This document shows, piece by piece, positions 34,705-43,369 of a stretch of DNA of 47,665 bases (positions within the stretch are counted from its first letter, which is position 1; every line of letters starts with the position of its first letter). The stretch is taken from positions 1-47,665 of the forward strand of contig CAZLQU010000002.1 in the NCBI GenBank assembly GCA_964561805.1. The letters run 5' to 3'. The position numbers were made by a program, and so were the translations under genes. A model generated the notes under the pieces. It did no database searches. It saw only the letters and a program-made list of their open reading frames with translations, and was not told where the DNA came from. The DNA is from an uncultured Muribaculaceae bacterium (GTDB lineage Bacteria > Bacillota_I > Bacilli_A > RF39 > UBA660).

Positions 34705-35307
34705 ATGGCATATAAAAGTGTAAATAAATTGGATGAATGTATTACCAATACAAAAAATGTTAAAGGTTCAATTGATGAATTTGAACCAGAAAAAACATTT
34801 AAAAGTAATGTTTCTGGTAGTCGTATGTGGAAGACTGTTATGAACAAACTTGATGATTTTGGAGCAACTACCAATAGTGCTACGAGTGTAAGCAATGTTT
34901 TAGGTGAAGCAGTAGAAAAAACTGTTAATGAAATTATTGCTTGTGTTGGTGAATACGATTATGAAAAACTGGATACGACAAAAATTGATGAATTAAAAGC
35001 TGAAAGAGATGCTATTAGTAATCGAATTAGTTATATTGAAACAAAAATTGGGAATACCAATACTATTACAGAATATGAAGAAGGCGGAGATGTGGAAATT
35101 AAGACATATCTTGGGATGCTTTCTGTGCTTAGAAAAGAATTGGCAACATCAAATACTTTAATTCAAAAACTTGAAGAGTTGAAAGCAGCACAGGAACAGG
35201 CAATAAAATTACTAGATGATGCTCTTGCTAGCCTTGAATCAGTAGATGGAGAAGTTGGTAGTTTACAACCAGGTAGACCAATAGCATTAATTTCAAGGAG
35301 ATGGTAA
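34705..35307 (+). CDS. 200-aa helical/coiled-coil protein, candidate effector-associated partner
   Basis: Helical composition. Co-directional and closely spaced within the cassette. Confidence 0.7.
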   Translation: MAYKSVNKLDECITNTKNVKGSIDEFEPEKTFKSNVSGSRMWKTVMNKLDDFGATTNSATSVSNVLGEAVEKTVNEIIACVGEYDYEKLDTTKIDELKAERDAISNRISYIETKIGNTNTITEYEEGGDVEIKTYLGMLSVLRKELATSNTLIQKLEELKAAQEQAIKLLDDALASLESVDGEVGSLQPGRPIALISRRW

Positions 35308-35311
35308 TATT

Positions 35312-35692
35312 ATGGATAATACTCATCAAAGTGAAACTACTAAAAAGGATGAATTAAAGAAAAAAATACAGGAGAATGATAGTAGTATAGCTAGATCAAA
35401 AGAAGCCATCAAAAAAATAAATGAGTTTGAAGGCGATTTAAGAGATTTAAACAAAGAATTTGATAAATATTTAGAATTATTAAATTCGGCAGTTAAGGGC
35501 CACAAAGTCAATGCAATGATTAATGAGTCGTCTTTTGAAAAAAATCATAGTTTAAATAAGACCCTAGTCGATTTAAATAAAAGAAGACAAATTATTACAG
35601 ATAAGTTAAAGAAAGATATGAATCATCGCGAAGAACTGTTAGATGAATATAATAAAGAATTAGAAAACGATAGTAAAAAAGATGACAATTAG
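35312..35692 (+). CDS. 126-aa Lys/Glu-rich coiled-coil protein, candidate Lap/Tla-like partner
   Basis: Starts 4 nt after the preceding gene. All-helical composition. Confidence 0.7.
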   Translation: MDNTHQSETTKKDELKKKIQENDSSIARSKEAIKKINEFEGDLRDLNKEFDKYLELLNSAVKGHKVNAMINESSFEKNHSLNKTLVDLNKRRQIITDKLKKDMNHREELLDEYNKELENDSKKDDN

Positions 35693-35750
35693 ATTTACAA
35701 TGATATCAAAATATGATATATTATAAGTAGATAAATTAGGAGGGAAGAGT

Positions 35751-36059
35751 ATGTCAGGTAGGTTTGTAGCACAACCAGATGTGTTGAGAGCAGAAGGTAA
35801 TTCAATTCTTGGAAAATCTGAAGAATTCGTTAAAAATGTTGATGAAATATATTCAACAATTAATGAAATGCTTCAGAGTAGTTATATGTCTCCAGCAGCA
35901 GCAGCTATTGCAAAAGATATAGAAACATATAAGGAAGACTTACAAAAAATGGCAAGAACAATCAACAACTATGGTAATTATTGTGTAAAATCTGCTAATA
36001 CTATCAATAGAAATGAAGAAAATATTATTGATAGTGTTAGTGGCGGAAGTATGATGTAA
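35751..36059 (+). CDS. WXG100-like small helical protein (Y-x-S in place of W-x-G)
   Basis: 102 aa. RBS AGGAGGGAAG. Central turn LQSSYMSPAAAAIAKDIE sits where WXG100 proteins carry W-x-G-x-A-A-x-x-F. Confidence 0.6.
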   Translation: MSGRFVAQPDVLRAEGNSILGKSEEFVKNVDEIYSTINEMLQSSYMSPAAAAIAKDIETYKEDLQKMARTINNYGNYCVKSANTINRNEENIIDSVSGGSMM

Positions 36060-36075
36060 TTATTGGAGGGATAAT

Positions 36076-36387
36076 ATGAATAATGCAGGAACAACTATTA
36101 CTTATGAAAGAGTAAGAGATGATGCTAATAAACTTAAAGAATGCGCAAGAATAATGAATGGCATTTTTGAAGACTTTGGTAGTTCAATGAATAGAGTTGG
36201 GGCTGAAGATGTTTATGCTGGTGATGCTAGTGAAACATTAGGACAAAAATTTAATACTTTGAAAACAAAATTTGATTCATATATTAGATTAGTTAATGAA
36301 TTCGCTGGTATGATTACTAGCGCTTCAGAACAAACTGAACAAACTGAACGTGAGTTAGCTGCTCAAGCTGATGAATTAGCTAGTTAA
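36076..36387 (+). CDS. WXG100-like small helical protein (Y-A-G in place of W-x-G)
   Basis: 103 aa. RBS TGGAGGGA. Central AEDVYAGDASETLGQKF. Helical flanks. A terminator follows. Confidence 0.6.
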   Translation: MNNAGTTITYERVRDDANKLKECARIMNGIFEDFGSSMNRVGAEDVYAGDASETLGQKFNTLKTKFDSYIRLVNEFAGMITSASEQTEQTERELAAQADELAS

Positions 36388-36389
36388 TT

Positions 36390-36418
36390 AAAAAAACAAT
36401 TATTTAATTGTTTTTTTT
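36390..36418 (+). terminator. Rho-independent terminator of the effector cassette
   Basis: acaatt-attt-aattgt stem within A-run and T-run flanks. Confidence 0.7.
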
Positions 36419-36457
36419 AATTTCATATGTTATTATATAGTGCTCGTAGGTGATACT

Positions 36458-37048
36458 ATGCAATATTTAACTGTTGGTACGCGTGAAATAACATCTGAAG
36501 CTTTTACTTGTGTCGAAGATACTGATATACGTAATATTAAGCCACGTGGTGGTATATGGTTAACTAGATATCAAGGGGAAAATTATAATGAATGGATTGA
36601 TTTTATTATTGACGATCCTGTTATTTTCTATTATAAAAGTAGGGATTATTCGCTTTGGGAGCAACCTTGTTCACTAGTAACATTGAAAGATGATGCTAAA
36701 ATATTTAATTTATGCCATAGGAATGATCTAGAATATTTGTTAAATAATTATCCAATTGATAAGTATAAGTTTTCATATAAGAAAATGAGTATGACATATG
36801 ATGGTATATATATTGATATGTATAGTTTGCTAAGAGAAGTAAAAGATGATGAGTTGCGTCAACGAATTTATAAATTTGGTGTTAATACATTAATATTATT
36901 TAATATAGAGTGTATTGATTATTATGAACCTGGGACCGTTTCAATTACACCATTTGATTATGAATATGGGGCATGTGAATTTCCTGAATATAAAATAAAT
37001 ATTAAAAAAGAAAAAAAGAAAGTTTTAAATAAAAAAACCGCAAATTAA
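36458..37048 (+). CDS. Hypothetical cytoplasmic protein (196 aa)
   Basis: RBS GTAGGTGA favours ATG 36458. I recognise no family. Confidence 0.65.
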   Translation: MQYLTVGTREITSEAFTCVEDTDIRNIKPRGGIWLTRYQGENYNEWIDFIIDDPVIFYYKSRDYSLWEQPCSLVTLKDDAKIFNLCHRNDLEYLLNNYPIDKYKFSYKKMSMTYDGIYIDMYSLLREVKDDELRQRIYKFGVNTLILFNIECIDYYEPGTVSITPFDYEYGACEFPEYKINIKKEKKKVLNKKTAN

Positions 37049-37060
37049 TTGCGGATTTTT
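37038..37060. terminator. Bidirectional hairpin between convergent genes
   Basis: ccgcaa-attaa-ttgcgg stem followed by a T-run; it overlaps the stop of the + strand gene. Confidence 0.6.
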
Positions 37061-37613
37061 ATTTTTTTAAAACTCTTTTTTCATATTTTTGATGTGTTTC
37101 ACGATATTCTGGGTATTTATAATTTTCACTAATTTTTTCTATATCAATTTTAACTTCTTTCCAAGTATGATATTCTTTTTTACTAAATAAATCATTTATG
37201 ATTTTTCTAATAATTTCAATTGTAAACCATAAGGTAATTGAAGTATCAATTTCGTTTGTTTTAGGTAATCCAATATGGCTAAAGAATGATCTTAAATCAA
37301 CAGCATTTTGATCATAATTATCATAACTATTTGAGCGATATGTTTGTATTATATCCAAATCAGCTAAATAATAAAAATGTTGATAGATATCTTCATTATT
37401 TATAGTATCTTTAGTTGTGGCAATTAAAATACGTGTTGTATTATTATATACTTCTCTAATTTTACTTCTATTTGCTTCTAATTCGTTGATTAAGGTTTCT
37501 TTTGCTTGCTGATGATCACTTGCTGTTTCATCAAGATAAGTGATGCGATTTTTAATAGTGTTGCTTCTGTTACTTAATTTATCAGCGTATTCTTTTCTAT
37601 CAAATCTTTTCAT
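37059..37613 (-). CDS. Hypothetical cytoplasmic protein (184 aa)
   Basis: Long ORF with RBS AAGGAGG upstream (reverse complement of cctcctt at 37620-37626). I recognise no family. Confidence 0.7.
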   Translation of the reverse strand: MKRFDRKEYADKLSNRSNTIKNRITYLDETASDHQQAKETLINELEANRSKIREVYNNTTRILIATTKDTINNEDIYQHFYYLADLDIIQTYRSNSYDNYDQNAVDLRSFFSHIGLPKTNEIDTSITLWFTIEIIRKIINDLFSKKEYHTWKEVKIDIEKISENYKYPEYRETHQKYEKRVLKK

Positions 37614-37718
37614 AATAGCCTCCTTGTGAAAATTTATTATAGCATAAATTAATAAATTATGTAAAGATATAATATTAAAAACGATAATTAGTAGTATAAT
37701 AATTATGAGGTGGATAGA

Positions 37719-38258
37719 ATGACTTTTTTGATTATAAGTGTAGTTATTATATCAATAATTGGAACAATTTCTCATTTTACTTATGATATGAGTAATCATA
37801 ATAAAGTTGTGGGATTGTTTTCAGCAGTAAATGAAAGTACTTGGGAACATATAAAGATCGCTTTGACACCAACATTATTATGGGGATTAATTGATGGCCT
37901 TATTTATGGAGAAAGTGCTAATTATTTTTTAGCTAAATTGGTTAGTTTAGTTATAATAATTGTTTTAATGCCGGCTTTGTTTTATGGATATAAAGCATCA
38001 CTAAAAAAAGAAATTTTTATTTTTGATATATTAATATTTTATATAGTTATTATATGTAGCCAATTAATATTTTGTAAAATAATTAAGATGGATGATATTC
38101 AGTATATTTATAGATATTTATCTTGTATAGGAGTATTTTTAGTGTTTGGTGGATATATGATTCATACATTATTACCAGCCAAGAGTTTTATATTTAAGGA
38201 TCCAATATCAAATAAATATGGTTTTAAAGGCCATACGGAATTAGATGATAAGAAATAA
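37719..38258 (+). CDS. Polytopic membrane protein (possibly DUF6512-like)
   Basis: 4-5 hydrophobic helices. The HFTYD...VNESTWEHIKIALTP block resembles a family I recall only loosely. RBS TGAGGTGGA precedes ATG 37719. Confidence 0.65.
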   Translation: MTFLIISVVIISIIGTISHFTYDMSNHNKVVGLFSAVNESTWEHIKIALTPTLLWGLIDGLIYGESANYFLAKLVSLVIIIVLMPALFYGYKASLKKEIFIFDILIFYIVIICSQLIFCKIIKMDDIQYIYRYLSCIGVFLVFGGYMIHTLLPAKSFIFKDPISNKYGFKGHTELDDKK

Positions 38259-38267
38259 GAGGGGACT

Positions 38268-38765
38268 ATGAAATTAGAAGATTTACGCTTTATTAATGAA
38301 AATGTTGATTTGGATAAATATATTGTGTTTCGTGAAGAAGTAAAGAAACATATGGAACATCCAGAATGGTTAGGAGATTTTAACAAGGAAGATTTAGTTA
38401 CTATGCTAAATACTGGATCTAAGATTTGGGTTTACTATTTGGATAATGATCCAGTATGTTCAATGATGTTAATACCAGCAGATCAAAGATCACTTGATAA
38501 ATTTGAACTTAAACTTGATTATATGGAAGTAGCTGATTATGGCCCAATGTTTGTAAATCCTAAATATGTAGGAAATGGACTACAATATCAAATGTTAATT
38601 GAACTCGATGATTATTGTAAACAATTAGGTTATAAATATGCAGCTGGAACAATTCATCCAGATAACATATTTTCAATTCGCAATCTAGTTAAAGACGATT
38701 TTGAATATAAAAATACAAAAACATTTACTAGAGGAATTAGAAATATATATGTAAAAAAATACTAA
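38268..38765 (+). CDS. GNAT-family N-acetyltransferase
   Basis: FVNPKYVGNGLQYQML matches the acetyl-CoA-binding motif A pattern. Size 165 aa. Confidence 0.75.
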   Translation: MKLEDLRFINENVDLDKYIVFREEVKKHMEHPEWLGDFNKEDLVTMLNTGSKIWVYYLDNDPVCSMMLIPADQRSLDKFELKLDYMEVADYGPMFVNPKYVGNGLQYQMLIELDDYCKQLGYKYAAGTIHPDNIFSIRNLVKDDFEYKNTKTFTRGIRNIYVKKY

Positions 38766-38782
38766 CAAAGTTAGTATTTTTT
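38760..38782. terminator. Bidirectional hairpin terminator
   Basis: tactaac-aaa-gttagta hairpin followed by a T-run. Confidence 0.6.
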
Positions 38783-38783
38783 A

Positions 38784-39302
38784 TTAGTCAATTTTTTCTG
38801 ATACGGTCCACTTATAATATTTAAATAATAGTATTTTCTTTTTTTCTTTGGTAACTAAGTAGTCTTTTTGATCACTTAGGTTTCTAATATATATATTATT
38901 TAAATAAGTTCCTTTTTCGTTATATAAATATACCGTTGCTGGAAGGTCAGAATTTTCTTCTTTTATATATGGAATCAATTCATCTATTTGATTTACTTTA
39001 TAACTCGATATGGTATATTCTTTAATATTATCATGAAATAAGGATTTTGAATCTATTCGTATTAGATAGTAATTATCATCTTTATCCTTATAGACATAAT
39101 CGTAATAGTCTTCAATATATCCTGGAAATGTGACACCACCATTTTGTTTGCAAGTAATGGTATCAACTCTTTTCCACTTTTTATTAATAATATCATTTTT
39201 AGTTAGTGTTTTTATAATGTCTTCTCTTGCTTTTTCAGATACACAACCGGTTAATAAAATAATACAAAGTAGCAATATAAAAAATTTTAAATATTTTTTC
39301 AT
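38784..39302 (-). CDS. Lipoprotein of unknown function
   Basis: Signal peptide with lipobox LLTGC (MKKYLKFFILLLCIILLTGCVSEK). Confidence 0.75.
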   Translation of the reverse strand: MKKYLKFFILLLCIILLTGCVSEKAREDIIKTLTKNDIINKKWKRVDTITCKQNGGVTFPGYIEDYYDYVYKDKDDNYYLIRIDSKSLFHDNIKEYTISSYKVNQIDELIPYIKEENSDLPATVYLYNEKGTYLNNIYIRNLSDQKDYLVTKEKKKILLFKYYKWTVSEKID

Positions 39303-39319
39303 ATTTCTCCTTTCACATA

Positions 39320-39539
39320 TTATTTATTGCTTCTTATACCATTTTTAAATTTTTCTTTATAGTCGTTATAATTTTCAAATGAATAGCATAATAGATAATC
39401 CCTGCTATCATCAATTATTATGCTGGCTGTCAGCATTTACTTCGCCCTCTCTAAATATTTCTAGGTTATAATTATTTATACCTTGTTTATCATAGATGCT
39501 TTTAGCTAAGGCTATTTTTTTATCTCTACTTATATACAT
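39320..39539 (-). pseudogene. Two overlapping short ORFs (42 aa and 38 aa) in different frames; possibly one frameshifted small gene
   Basis: MYISRDKKIALAKSIYDKQGINNYNLEIFREGEVNADSQHNN* (39411-39539) overlaps MLTASIIIDDSRDYLLCYSFENYNDYKEKFKNGIRSNK* (39320-39436) by 26 nt. Confidence 0.25.
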
Positions 39540-39668
39540 TCTCCTTTCTATATCTAAATGTCTATATATTCAATGTTTGATAATTTGTTATCATTATTAT
39601 TCCATGAATGAATAAAGCAATTTTATAATTATCGCTTTGCAGCATTTCATTTATGAAAGAATTAAACC

Positions 39669-39956
39669 TTATTGTTTGCTTTTCTGGTAATTCACTAATT
39701 GTTTTACTTCAAGATTTCTTTCATTAATTCTATCATCTAGTTTGATTTTTAGATTATTCATTTCAGTGACATGTTTTACGGTTCCTAATGCTCTAGAAGA
39801 ATCTGCTGCATATATTACATAGTTTTTTAACTTGCTTGATAATATCATGTTTCGATTATAATTATCCTAAGGTACATTTTTATAATCAGAATAATTATCT
39901 ATTTCAATAAAAGAAGTCAAATGTCTTATTAATATATTTTTTTCATTAAACTGCAT
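39669..39956 (-). pseudogene. 95-codon reading frame interrupted by an in-frame TAG at codon 30 (or a genuine 59-aa ORF starting after it)
   Basis: MQFNEKNILIRHLTSFIEIDNYSDYKNVP*DNYNRNMILSSKLKNYVIYAADSSRALGTVKHVTEMNNLKIKLDDRINERNLEVKQLVNYQKSKQ*. The in-frame stop is at 39867-39869. Confidence 0.3.
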
Positions 39957-40045
39957 CCAATACTACTATATCATATATTTTATATTATTATTTTTAAAGA
40001 AAAAATGCTTATTCATATAAAATTAAGCATCTTTATATATTCAAA

Positions 40046-40119
40046 TGGCAGGGGATGAGAGAATCGAACTCCCAACAGTGGTTTTGGAGACCATTATTAT
40101 ACCATTTAACTAATCCCCT
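40046..40119 (-). tRNA. tRNA-Trp: tRNA-Trp (anticodon CCA), CCA end encoded
   Basis: The reverse complement AGGGGAT-TA-GTTA..TAAT-A-ATGGT-CTCCAAA-ACCAC-TGTT-GGGAG-TTCGATT-CTCTC-ATCCCCT-G-CCA folds as a 74-nt cloverleaf. 7-bp acceptor stem, TTCGATT T-loop, anticodon loop CT-CCA-AA. Confidence 0.9.
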
Positions 40120-40197
40120 ATGGCGTTTTCTTTATATAATTTATCATAAAATTCTAGATTTAGCAAGTTTTTATTGTAAAAAAATCCCTAGTGGGAT

Positions 40198-40935
40198 TTA
40201 AATATTTATAATTTCTTTTTTATTATTTGGATACTTTTTTAAGAAGTTTGTAATAATTGCTTTTACTTCTTCTTTTCTTTCTTTTGTAAAGCAATCATGA
40301 GTAACTTTATCAATATTAACTAAGATATTAGTTTTTGATTTAATGGTATTATATACGAGATTGGTTCCTTCAATAGGGACTACGGGATCTTTTAAACCAT
40401 GAATTGTTAATGTAGGACAAGTAATGTTATTTAAGTCTTTTTGATATTCACTTACTAATTTTGTAAATTCAAGCATAGTTGGAATTGGGGTTTTTTGAAT
40501 TCTCTCAATTACTTTTTCTTTATCTTCTTCTTTTAATAAGGAAGGTAATCTTTTTAGTGTTTCATTAATACCTTTAATATCTACCTTGGCATCTTTAAAA
40601 TTGAAATATCTAAAAGCTGGAGCTACCAAAACAAGTTTTTTCACTTCTCTGTAATTAGCTGCTAGATGGGCTGCAATTACACCACCCATACTGTGACCAA
40701 TAACATAAATCTCTTTATAATTGTGTTTTAATAAGAATTCAATTTGATTTTCAGCTGCTTTTATCCATTCAGAATGTTTGACATTCTTTACAATATGTTT
40801 TTCATGGCCAGGTAAGGTAAATGTGTAAACATCAAAATTTCTATAAGTTTGTAATTCATTGGGAAAACTATCATAGTCATATATACCACCAACGAAGCCA
40901 TGAATAAATAGAATTGCTTTTCTTCTAAAAAACAT
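40198..40935 (-). CDS. Alpha/beta hydrolase (carboxylesterase or lysophospholipase-like)
   Basis: ILFIHGF oxyanion region and GHSMGG nucleophile elbow. RBS AGGTGA favours the MFFRRK start. Confidence 0.85.
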   Translation of the reverse strand: MFFRRKAILFIHGFVGGIYDYDSFPNELQTYRNFDVYTFTLPGHEKHIVKNVKHSEWIKAAENQIEFLLKHNYKEIYVIGHSMGGVIAAHLAANYREVKKLVLVAPAFRYFNFKDAKVDIKGINETLKRLPSLLKEEDKEKVIERIQKTPIPTMLEFTKLVSEYQKDLNNITCPTLTIHGLKDPVVPIEGTNLVYNTIKSKTNILVNIDKVTHDCFTKERKEEVKAIITNFLKKYPNNKKEIINI

Positions 40936-41076
40936 AATTATCACCTAATTGAATTATAACACTATTGTCATATATTGTGTTTTTTTAATGAGTATTTTAC
41001 GTAAAAAAGTGTAAATAAATGGTTAATTAATTGTTTAAAATATTAATGTGTGTTAGACTTTAAGTAGGAGATTGAT

Positions 41077-42471
41077 ATGAAAAAGCAAGTTAAGAAAAAT
41101 AAAGTTGATAAAAAAGAAAAAACTTATGAGAAGAATGAAGAGAGTATTCTTGAAGCAAAAAAGATAATAGCAGAACAAAAGAAAAAAATAAAAATTGAAA
41201 GAGCAAGTATTAAAAAGAAAAAATTTAAAATGTTTAAGAAAACTAAATTTGGAAAAGCTTTAGGTAAAATATGTTTTCTTTTTAGTGATGAAAAAGATAG
41301 TTATTCATTTTCAGAGGTTATGAGTGTGACTATTGTATCATTACTTTTAGGTGCTTTTGCTTGTTTTTGTGTATTTGCTATTTTATCAGGTGGTCGTAAC
41401 TATTTTAAAATGTCAAAACGTTTTGATAAATTTTATGATGTTTACGATGTAATTACTAGTAACTATAATGGTAATGTTGATGAAGATAAATTAATTGAAT
41501 CAGCCATTAATGGTATGGTTAATAGTGTTGGAGATGCATATACAAATTATAATGATATAGAGGCTACGGATGAATTCAATCAATTAGTAAGTGGTACATA
41601 TGAAGGAATTGGATGTACAATTACACAGACTGAGGATGCAATTGTTGTCATCGATGTATATAAAAAATCACCTGCCGACAAGGTTGGTATTGAGGCTAAT
41701 GATATTATTTTAACAGTTGACGGTCAAAATGCATTTGAATTAGGTACTGAAAAATTAGCCAACTACATTAAGTATGAAGCAAAAGGCGCCATCCAGATGG
41801 TTGTTAAAAGAGGGGAAGAAGAAAAGACATTTACTTTAAATAGAGGTAAAGTTGAGACCCCAACTGTTGGTTCACAAATATATGAAAAAAATGAAAAGAA
41901 AATTGGTTATATTGGTATTTCATTATTTTCATCAGTTACTGCTAAACAATTTAAAAATGAGTTAGCAAAACTTGAAAAAGAAGACATTGACGCTTTAGTT
42001 ATCGATGTCAGAGGAAATAATGGGGGATACCTTACAAGTGTAACAGATATTGCTGGTATATTATTACCACGTGGAAGAGCTATTTATCAAATTCAAGTTG
42101 GCAATAAGAAAAAAATAACAAAGGATAGAACTGTTGAAAAGCGTGAATATCCAATTGCAGTTTTGACTAATGGTGGTAGTGCTTCTGCTTCAGAAATTTT
42201 GGCTGCAGCAATTAAAGAAAGCTATGATCATGGTTATGTCGTAGGTACAAAGACTTATGGTAAAGGAACAGTTCAACAAGTTAAGAAATTGAAAGATGGT
42301 AGTATGATAAAATATACAGTTGAAAATTGGTTGACACCAAATGGTAATTGGATTAATGAAAAAGGTATTGAACCTACGGATATGGTAGAATTAGATGAAG
42401 AATACTATAAAAATTCAATTGCAGATAATGATAATCAATTACAAAGAGCTTTAGAGTTAGTTAGTGAATAA
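41077..42471 (+). CDS. S41 family C-terminal processing peptidase with PDZ domain, membrane-anchored
   Basis: Lys-rich N-terminus plus TM. PDZ-like SPADKVGIEANDIILTVDG. VIDVRGNNGG, NGGSASASEI and GTKTYGKGTVQ blocks. Confidence 0.9.
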   Translation: MKKQVKKNKVDKKEKTYEKNEESILEAKKIIAEQKKKIKIERASIKKKKFKMFKKTKFGKALGKICFLFSDEKDSYSFSEVMSVTIVSLLLGAFACFCVFAILSGGRNYFKMSKRFDKFYDVYDVITSNYNGNVDEDKLIESAINGMVNSVGDAYTNYNDIEATDEFNQLVSGTYEGIGCTITQTEDAIVVIDVYKKSPADKVGIEANDIILTVDGQNAFELGTEKLANYIKYEAKGAIQMVVKRGEEEKTFTLNRGKVETPTVGSQIYEKNEKKIGYIGISLFSSVTAKQFKNELAKLEKEDIDALVIDVRGNNGGYLTSVTDIAGILLPRGRAIYQIQVGNKKKITKDRTVEKREYPIAVLTNGGSASASEILAAAIKESYDHGYVVGTKTYGKGTVQQVKKLKDGSMIKYTVENWLTPNGNWINEKGIEPTDMVELDEEYYKNSIADNDNQLQRALELVSE

Positions 42472-42556
42472 CTCTAAAGTTTTTTTTGTAAACTTTATGA
42501 CAAATGTGTTGCTTTTTTGGTGAGAGAAGGTATAATTCTTTTTACGGAGGGATACA

Positions 42557-43264
42557 ATGCTTGATGTTATAATCTACGAAGAGGATGAAGTATCAATAAA
42601 AAAGAATAAAAGAATTATTAATAAAACATTAACTGGGGTATATACCACTAGAGTATTTAAAAAGTGCGATAGCGAACTAATTAGTTTAATTGATGAGGGA
42701 AATAGGAAACTATATATTATTAATATGGAGACAGAAAATAATTATGGTTTAAAGTTAGCAACTAGAATTAGAAAAAAACACTTTGATGATATAATTATTT
42801 TGACTGCTAAATGTGGAATGTATTATGACTTAGCTTTTAATAATAGATTGATGGCACTTGATTATATTTGTAAATGTAATGATTATGATAAACGATTATT
42901 TCAGACAATATCTGAGATAAATAAAATTGTTTATAGTGGTATGATATTTACATTTAAATATAATAGAGTGGTATATCGAATACCTTTTAAAGATATCAAT
43001 TATATTGAAAAGGAAACGAATATAAAGAGATGCATCATTCATACAGTTAATGGTAAATATTATATAGTTAATTCACTTGATTATTTACTTAATGAGTTAA
43101 GGAACGGTTTTTTGAGAACTCATCAATCTTGTATTATCAATGTTAATAATATTAAAATGTTGGATTGCACTAGTGGTGAAGTTATATTTATAAATAATGA
43201 TTATACAAGTTTATTAACAGAAAAGGCTAAGAGAGAAATTAAAAAACTAATGTTAGGAAACTAA
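42557..43264 (+). CDS. LytTR-family DNA-binding regulator with atypical receiver-like N-terminus
   Basis: C-terminal FLRTHQSCIINVNNI LytTR block. The receiver-like region has YIINMET where the phospho-accepting Asp is expected. Confidence 0.8.
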   Translation: MLDVIIYEEDEVSIKKNKRIINKTLTGVYTTRVFKKCDSELISLIDEGNRKLYIINMETENNYGLKLATRIRKKHFDDIIILTAKCGMYYDLAFNNRLMALDYICKCNDYDKRLFQTISEINKIVYSGMIFTFKYNRVVYRIPFKDINYIEKETNIKRCIIHTVNGKYYIVNSLDYLLNELRNGFLRTHQSCIINVNNIKMLDCTSGEVIFINNDYTSLLTEKAKREIKKLMLGN

Positions 43265-43316
43265 CATTTTTTTAATATATAAGGGAATAATATAAATGTA
43301 AAATTAATGTTATTAT

Positions 43317-43345
43317 TTGTATTTTGATACTATATTTGTTATAAT
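43317..43345 (+). promoter_or_regulatory. Candidate sigma-A promoter of asnB
   Basis: TTGTAT, 17-nt spacer, TATAAT (43340-43345). Confidence 0.5.
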
Positions 43346-43369
43346 TATTTTAGTGTGAGGTAGATATTT

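Noticed and set aside
34368-34895. 175-aa minus-strand ORF spanning the junction of the effector and the 200-aa gene
   Set aside because: It is a Ser/Leu-rich antisense translation with no RBS. It overlaps two co-directional genes that have good RBSs and coherent helical sequence.
40046-40119. tRNA-Trp as the attachment site of an intact integrative element
   Set aside because: No integrase, recombinase or transposase gene is in the window. I did not spot a direct repeat of the tRNA 3' end. Only eroded small ORFs lie next to it.
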